Positions 58,280 through 64,000 of a stretch of DNA of 64,000 bases are shown one piece after another. The notes under the pieces were generated by a model that was given only the letters and a program-made list of their open reading frames with translations, did no database searches and was not told the origin of the DNA. The translations under genes were made by a program, and so were the position numbers. This DNA is from an uncultured Acidimicrobiia bacterium. Its GTDB lineage: Bacteria > Actinomycetota > Acidimicrobiia > Acidimicrobiales > AC-14. Location: the NCBI GenBank assembly GCA_963836205.1, contig CAWIIV010000015.1, positions 423,323 to 487,322 on the forward strand, in the 5' to 3' direction. The first letter of the stretch is position 1; the number at the start of each line of letters is the position of its first letter.

Positions 58280-58785
58280 CCATCATCGACATCGAGCTGC
58301 CCCCCACTCCCCCGGCGGAGGTCACCGGCGACGTCCACGACGTCGCCACCGCCACCGCCCCCGCCCCGACGGCTCCGTCCCCCACCCCCGTGGAGCCCAG
58401 CTGGCGCGGTGTCGTCACCGGGCTCGACCGGCCGATGGGCCGGGAGTGGGGCGTCGCCCTCGTCGTGGCCTGGGTGGTCGTGATGATCGTCGGCATCGCC
58501 GTCGAGCCGGCCCCGGCCGACCCCAACGCCGCCGTCCCCTTGGCCGTCGCCCTCCTCGCCCTGGCCCAGATGAGCCTGTGGGGAGTGATGGCGGTGGGTA
58601 TCTTCCAGCGCCGGCGCTACACCGCGGCCGCCTCGCTGGCGGGCGCGGGCGTGCTCGCGGTCATGGCGATCGCCTGCCCGGCCAGCGGCCACCACGCCAT
58701 CGGCGCCTGGTGGGGCGTGCAGATGGTGGGCGTCGCCGCCCTCCTCGCCGTCAGCGGGAAGGCCCTGCGCTCCTCCCGGGCCTAG
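58276..58785 (+). CDS. Four-TM membrane protein
   Basis: GAGGAGG RBS; hydrophobic helices; ACPASGHH. Confidence 0.65.
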   Translation: MTIIDIELPPTPPAEVTGDVHDVATATAPAPTAPSPTPVEPSWRGVVTGLDRPMGREWGVALVVAWVVVMIVGIAVEPAPADPNAAVPLAVALLALAQMSLWGVMAVGIFQRRRYTAAASLAGAGVLAVMAIACPASGHHAIGAWWGVQMVGVAALLAVSGKALRSSRA

Positions 58786-59594
58786 CCGCCGTTGGCCGAG
58801 AAGTGCTGGTAGTCGGGGTTGTCCCAGACCCCGCCCCATCCCCATCCCACCGCGGCGAAGGCCGACGGGAGCACGCCCCCGGCCACGGCCATGCCCGGCC
58901 GGTACGCGGACCGGTCGAGGTAGTCGGCTCCCGCCGGTGGGAGCACCTGCCCGGCCAAGAGGTACGGGTTCTCCACCGGGTTGACGTCGATGGCCAGGCC
59001 GTAGGCGTGGTTCGACCAGTGGGGCGGGCCGGTCGCCACCGCCGGGCGGCAGTTGAACCCGGACGTGTTGTCGGCGGCCATGGAGGCGTCGTCGTCGCTG
59101 CCGTAGGCGACCACCGGCTCCATCCGCCGGATGGGAAAGCGCTGGTCGTAGAGGGTGCGGAAGGCATCGAGCACCACCGGCGTCACGCTGGCGGCAACCA
59201 CGATGGAGCCGGTGTGGGCCTGGTCGTCGAAGCCCCAGTACGGCACCCGCAGCAGGCGGAGGTCCTCAGGTGCGACGGGGCACCCCGGCCGCCACGACGA
59301 TCCGAGGTCGGCCGCGGTGACGGTCGAGACCATCCCTCCGAAGGCGGGGTCGGGCACGGCGGCGACGGTAGTCGGGGCGGCCACGGACGCGGGGGGTGCG
59401 ACGATTGTGGTTGTGGTGGTGGTGGGCGCCGGGGCCGTGGTGGTCGACGGGCTGGTGGTCGTCGAGGTGACCGTCGGGGCGGGGGCGGTGACGGTGGGGG
59501 TGCCCGACTGGGAGCAGCCGACCAGGAGAGCGGCGGTGACGGCGGCCGCTCGGGTCAGGGACCGTTCGCCGAGGGCGCGCCGGCGGGTGGCCAC
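58782..59594 (-). CDS. M15 family D,D-peptidase lipoprotein
   Basis: LVGC lipobox; NTSGFNCR, SNHAYGLAIDVNP, WGWGG.W...DYQHF. Confidence 0.9.
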   Translation of the reverse strand: MATRRRALGERSLTRAAAVTAALLVGCSQSGTPTVTAPAPTVTSTTTSPSTTTAPAPTTTTTTIVAPPASVAAPTTVAAVPDPAFGGMVSTVTAADLGSSWRPGCPVAPEDLRLLRVPYWGFDDQAHTGSIVVAASVTPVVLDAFRTLYDQRFPIRRMEPVVAYGSDDDASMAADNTSGFNCRPAVATGPPHWSNHAYGLAIDVNPVENPYLLAGQVLPPAGADYLDRSAYRPGMAVAGGVLPSAFAAVGWGWGGVWDNPDYQHFSANGG

Positions 59595-59613
59595 GACTGC
59601 CTACGGTAGCGAG

Positions 59614-60417
59614 GTGGCCGGTCGTCGCAGCCGTCGCCTCTGGTGGATCGCAGCCGTGGGCGGACTCCTCCTCGCGGCGTGTGGCGGGTCAGGCGAGCCG
59701 GTCGGGTCGAGTGCCTCGACCGTTCCCGCGTCCACCACGTCGACCGTGGCTGCCGCCACGACGACCGCCACCGCCGCCACTCCCCCGTCTTCAGCGGCCC
59801 CCGACCCATCCGTCCCCGAGACGTCACCGCCCACCGCGCCGCCGGTACCGGCCCAGCTCGACCGGGCGGGCGGCGCCGGCCAGGCGGTCATCGTCACCGC
59901 CGACGGCTACCGGGCGACCACCGCCACCCTCACCACATGGCGACGGGCCGCAGGGCAGGCATGGCAGCCGGTGCACGGGCCGTGGCCGGCGCGGGTGGGC
60001 TACGCCGGCCTCGCCCCCCCGGGCGAGAAGCGGGAGGGCGACGGGCGCACGCCGGCGGGCACCTTCGGGTTCGACTTCCTGTTCGGCATCGAACCCGATC
60101 CGGGCGTGGCCTTCCCCTACCGGCGGGTCACCGGCCCGTCGATCGTGTGGGACGACGTCCCGTCCAGCCCGTCGTACAACCAGTGGGTCGACGGAGGCGT
60201 CGGGGAGTCGATGCACGCGTCCCCCGTCTACGACTACGGGGCGGTCATCGCCTACAACACCGAGCGCACGCCCGGCCTGGGCTCGGCCATCTTCCTGCAC
60301 GTCTCCACCGGCCGGCCCACGGGCGGGTGCGTCTCGCTGCCCGTCGACCGCCTGCTCGACGTCCTCCGCTGGCTCGACCCGGCCCGGGCGCCCGTGATCG
60401 TGATCGGCGTGGCGTGA
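59614..60417 (+). CDS. L,D-transpeptidase (YkuD-like) lipoprotein
   Basis: LAAC lipobox; KREGDGRTPAG, GSAIFLH.....TGGCVS. Confidence 0.88.
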   Translation: MAGRRSRRLWWIAAVGGLLLAACGGSGEPVGSSASTVPASTTSTVAAATTTATAATPPSSAAPDPSVPETSPPTAPPVPAQLDRAGGAGQAVIVTADGYRATTATLTTWRRAAGQAWQPVHGPWPARVGYAGLAPPGEKREGDGRTPAGTFGFDFLFGIEPDPGVAFPYRRVTGPSIVWDDVPSSPSYNQWVDGGVGESMHASPVYDYGAVIAYNTERTPGLGSAIFLHVSTGRPTGGCVSLPVDRLLDVLRWLDPARAPVIVIGVA

Positions 60418-61572
60418 AACGGCCGGCCTTCGCCGAGCGGGCCCTCTCGCGCCATTCGCCCGGAAAGACGGGCATCTGCCGCCGAGCGTTTGCCACAAGT
60501 GGCTTCCCGGCGGGGCGGCGGCGGCGGCCGACGGTCGCTTTCGTCATCGTGCCCGTGCTCCTGGCTCTCGTGGGCTCCGGCTGCGGGGGCGACGGCGAGC
60601 GTGACGAGCGCCGACCCGACGCCACCGTCTCCACGAGCACCTTGGACACCCCCCAACCGGCTGCCGTCCAGGCCGGGCACGACGCCTGGGTCGACGTGGC
60701 CGTCGCCAGCCTGTGGGCCGAGCCTGACCAGGCCCGTCCGCTCGACACGCCATCCCTGGCCGATCCGGTCGACATCCCCGCCTGGCTGGCGGGGATGACC
60801 GACGACGACCGCCGGTGGCTCGTCGACCGGTTGGTGACCCAGGTCCTCTACGGCGACCGGGTCACGGTCGTGGAGACGGCCGGCAATTGGGCGAAGGTGG
60901 TGGTCCCCAGGCAGCCGTCGTCGCTCGACCCCCGGGGCTACCCGGGATGGCTCCCGGCAATCCAGCTCACGACCGTTCCGCCCGCCGCCGCCGTGGCCGG
61001 CGAGGCAGTGGTCAACGTCCCCGCCACGGGCCTGCTCGACCTCGCCCACACCGACCGTCCCCCGCTGACGTTGAGCTTCAACACCCGGCTGCCGATCCTG
61101 TTCGCCAGCCCCGACAGCGTCACCGTCGGCATCCCGGGGGGCGGGCAGGGCCTCCTGGTGCCGGCCAACATCGAGGTGGTCACGCCCGACTCGCCCCCGC
61201 CGACCGGCGACGACGTCGTCCGCAGCGCCCAGCTCTTCACCGGGGTCGACTACCTGTGGGCGGGCACGTCCGCCGCGGGATGGGACTGCTCCGGCCTCAC
61301 GTCGGCCGCCTACGCCGCCCACGGGGTGGTCATCCCCCGCGACGCCGACGACCAGGCCGAGGCGGGCACGCCCGTCGACCGGGCCGACCTCCTACCCCGG
61401 CGATCTGCTCTTCTTCGGCGCCGACACCGTCACCCACGTGGGCATGTACGTGGGCGACGGGCGCATGATCCAGGCCCCCGCCACCGGCCGCCAGGTGGAG
61501 ACGGTGCCCATCGACACCCCCGGCCTGACCAGCCGGTTCCTCGGCGCCCGCCGCTACCTGCCGTCGGGGTAG
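60414..61572 (+). CDS. NlpC/P60 (C40, YkfC-like) peptidase, frameshift near 61395
   Basis: TQVLYGD, GYPGW, YLWAG.S..GWDCSGL, PRDADDQ; then GDLLFF...THVGMY.G.GRMIQAP in another frame. Confidence 0.88.
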
Positions 61573-61600
61573 GGACCCCCGGCCGCCTACCCTCCAGTCC

Positions 61601-63280
61601 ATGGCCCCGCAATTCATCTTTACGATGCGCGACCTTCGTCGCTTCTATCCCCCCGACCGCGAGGTCCTCAAGGGGATCAACATCTCCATGTACCCGGGGG
61701 CCAAGATCGGCGTCATCGGGTCGAACGGGTCGGGGAAGTCGTCGCTGCTGCGCATCATGGCCGGGGAGGACGACGGGTACACCGGCGAGGCCCGGCTCCA
61801 CCCCGGAGCCACCGTCGGCTTCCTGGCCCAGGAGCCGCGGCTCGACGACTCGCTCGACGTCATCGGCAACGTCACCACGGGCGTGGGCGAGATCAAGGCC
61901 GTCCTCGACCGTTACAACGCGGTGTGCGAGGCCATGGGCGACCCCGACGCCGACTTCGACGCCCTGTTGAGCGAGCAGGCCGTCCTCCAGGACAAGATCG
62001 ACGCCGCCGACGCCTGGGACCTCGACCGGACGCTCGAGATCGCCATGGACGCCCTGCGCCTTCCTCCGGGCGACGCCGACGTGTCGACGTTGAGCGGTGG
62101 CGAGCGGCGGCGGGTGGCCCTGTGCCGGCTGCTCCTGTCCCGTCCCGACATGCTGCTGCTGGACGAGCCGACCAACCACCTCGACGCCGAGTCGGTGGCG
62201 TGGCTGGAGGTGTTCCTGTCGAAGTACCCGGGGACGGTGGTGGCCGTCACCCACGACCGCTACTTCCTCGACAACGTGGCCGGGTGGATCCTCGAGCTGG
62301 AGCGGGGGGCGGGGCTGCCGTGGGAGGGCAACTACTCGTCGTGGCTGGTGCAGAAGCAGGCCCGCCTGGCCCGGGAGGAGAAGTCCGACACCGCCCGCCA
62401 GCGGACCCTGGCCCGGGAGCTGGAGTGGGTGCAGATGTCGCCCCGGGCCCGCCAGGCCAAGGGCAAGGCCCGGCTGACGTCGTACGACAAGTTGGTGGCG
62501 GAGGCGGAGGCCGGTCCCGAGAAGGCGGAGAAGCTGGAGATCTCCATCCCGCCCGGGCCCCGGCTGGGCGACGTGGTGGTCGAGGCCGACGAGCTGGTCA
62601 AGGGCTACGGCGACAAGCTGCTCATCGACGGGCTTTCGTTCGGACTGCCGCCCGGCGGGATCGTCGGGGTGATCGGGGCCAACGGGGCGGGCAAGACCAC
62701 CTTGTTCCGCATGATCGTGGGGACGGAGACGCCCGACGCCGGTTCGCTGACGGTGGGGGCGACGGTGAAGCTGGCCTACGTCGACCAGAGCCGCGACTCG
62801 CTGGACGCGACCAAGACCGTCTACGAGGAGGCGACGGGCGGTGTCGACCGCATCGTCGTCGGGAACCGGGAGCTGCACGGGCGGGCGTACGTGGGCGGGC
62901 TGGGGTTCAAGGGTTCCGACCAACAGAAGCTCGTCGGCGAGCTGTCCGGCGGTGAGCGCAACCGCCTGCACCTGGCGAAAGTGCTGGTCGCGGGGGGCAA
63001 CGTGCTGCTCCTCGACGAGCCCACCAACGACCTCGACGTCGACACCCTCCGGGCCCTGGAGGAGGGGCTGCTCAACTTCCCCGGCTGCGCGGTGGTCATC
63101 AGCCACGACCGGTGGTTCCTCGACCGGGTCGCCACCCACATCCTCGCCTTCGAGGGCGAGTCCGAGGTGCGATGGTTCGAGGGCTCCTACTCCGACTACG
63201 AAGTCGACCGCCACAGACGCCTCGGCAACGAGGCCGACCAGCCCCACCGCATCAAGTACAAGCCCCTGCAACGGGCCTGA
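61601..63280 (+). CDS. ettA: Energy-dependent translational throttle A (ABC-F)
   Basis: Two ABC domains (GSNGSGKS, LSGGE, LLDEPTN), ELEWV linker, C-terminal PHRIKYK. Confidence 0.95.
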   Translation: MAPQFIFTMRDLRRFYPPDREVLKGINISMYPGAKIGVIGSNGSGKSSLLRIMAGEDDGYTGEARLHPGATVGFLAQEPRLDDSLDVIGNVTTGVGEIKAVLDRYNAVCEAMGDPDADFDALLSEQAVLQDKIDAADAWDLDRTLEIAMDALRLPPGDADVSTLSGGERRRVALCRLLLSRPDMLLLDEPTNHLDAESVAWLEVFLSKYPGTVVAVTHDRYFLDNVAGWILELERGAGLPWEGNYSSWLVQKQARLAREEKSDTARQRTLARELEWVQMSPRARQAKGKARLTSYDKLVAEAEAGPEKAEKLEISIPPGPRLGDVVVEADELVKGYGDKLLIDGLSFGLPPGGIVGVIGANGAGKTTLFRMIVGTETPDAGSLTVGATVKLAYVDQSRDSLDATKTVYEEATGGVDRIVVGNRELHGRAYVGGLGFKGSDQQKLVGELSGGERNRLHLAKVLVAGGNVLLLDEPTNDLDVDTLRALEEGLLNFPGCAVVISHDRWFLDRVATHILAFEGESEVRWFEGSYSDYEVDRHRRLGNEADQPHRIKYKPLQRA

Positions 63281-63325
63281 CGCGGGCACCCGCTTCTCGG
63301 CGGCACCGATTGCCTCGCCCCCGAA

Positions 63326-63937
63326 TTAGATTTCGGCGGCCGTCCTTCGACGCAAGCGCAGGTGGTTGACGCCGAATGTCGCGAGCATCCCGGCGACGAT
63401 GAACACGACGGTGCTCGCGCCGCCTTCGAAGGCCGAGGTGCCGGTGAGCATGTATGCGACCGTCACCGCCGCCAGGGCCAGCGCCAGGACGCCGAGCGCC
63501 ACCGACGCGGCCCCGTCGAGCGCGAGCTTGCGGTGCAGCAGCCTGACGCTCTTGCCGAGCTTGGCGAGCTTGATCGCCTTGGCCAGCTTCAGCGTCTTGA
63601 AGAGCTTGGCCAGGATGAGCAGCCGCAGCGCGGGGGCCAGCGCCAGCGCGAGCGGGGCGAGCGGCGAGGAGAGGGCGACCACGAGCAGCTCGAAGCGGTG
63701 GCCATCGATCCATGCGCGCCGGTCGCGCACGACGCACAGCATCACCACGACCTCGACCATGAACGTAAGCCAGACGACCCAGTGGCCGGCGGTCTCGACC
63801 GTGACGAGGGTTCCGTGGGGATGCGTCAGGTGCAGCGCGAGCAGCGGGAGGACGGCCCCGGCGGCCACAAGCACGGGGGGGCGCAGCCGCCGCTCCCAGA
63901 GCGCGCCGCGCTGATCCTCGGTCGCAAGATCGGCCAT
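63326..63937 (-). CDS. Ion-channel voltage-sensor-like membrane protein without a pore signature
   Basis: W..F.VE (S2), ELLVV (S3), LRLL..AKLFKTLKLAKAIKLAKL (S4-like); no TVGYG. Confidence 0.55.
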   Translation of the reverse strand: MADLATEDQRGALWERRLRPPVLVAAGAVLPLLALHLTHPHGTLVTVETAGHWVVWLTFMVEVVVMLCVVRDRRAWIDGHRFELLVVALSSPLAPLALALAPALRLLILAKLFKTLKLAKAIKLAKLGKSVRLLHRKLALDGAASVALGVLALALAAVTVAYMLTGTSAFEGGASTVVFIVAGMLATFGVNHLRLRRRTAAEI

Positions 63938-64000
63938 CTGTCGGGCCGAGGGTATGCACCGGTCGTGTTGGCTGCATTTCGCCTCGGTGACCCTGGTGCT

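Noticed and set aside
58782-61572. M15 peptidase, L,D-transpeptidase and NlpC/P60 as a glycopeptide-resistance or novel system
   Set aside because: No vanHAX-type genes; these are ordinary peptidoglycan-remodelling enzymes.
1-64000. Many long Arg/Pro/Gly-rich overlapping ORFs in the track
   Set aside because: Antisense or off-frame shadows expected in very high-GC DNA; no motifs or RBS support.

Overview
High-GC actinobacterial DNA. WhiB, F420 enzymes and the fmdB-galU-moeA-glpR-tRNA-Ala synteny point to Actinomycetota, with Acidimicrobiia a guess. Roughly a dozen single-base frameshifts in otherwise intact genes suggest an error-prone assembly. Contents in order: a core block (pseudokinase, phosphoesterase/cofC/PIG-L operon, DUF222-HNH, mtnP, fmdB, GGDEF-galU-moeA-moaA-moaC, glpR-like, translin-like, tRNA-Ala); an accessory stretch after the tRNA (TA-like pairs, IS1380 remnant, atypical P1B-ATPase, secreted proteins, a collapsed glnS/asnS remnant); glnS-YqeY plus asnS; YciI/ECF sigma; vapBC; a selenocysteine-containing glycine/betaine-reductase-like operon (grdE/I-grdB-grdC-trx-grdA, two in-frame UGA codons, no grdD in the window); nhaA; an OatA-like acyltransferase; an HTH/Clp-N pair; peptidoglycan enzymes; ettA. 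The best candidate for an undescribed system is a three-part RiPP-like cluster at 49624-54956. It comprises a 254-aa multi-repeat (EVIVEVAPDRP) putative precursor, an in-frame phosphoribosyltransferase-2xAMMECR1-helical-barrel fusion enzyme separated from it by a single TAG, and a cobalamin-dependent Cx7Cx2C radical SAM methyltransferase. All family assignments are from motif recognition by eye; no searches were run.
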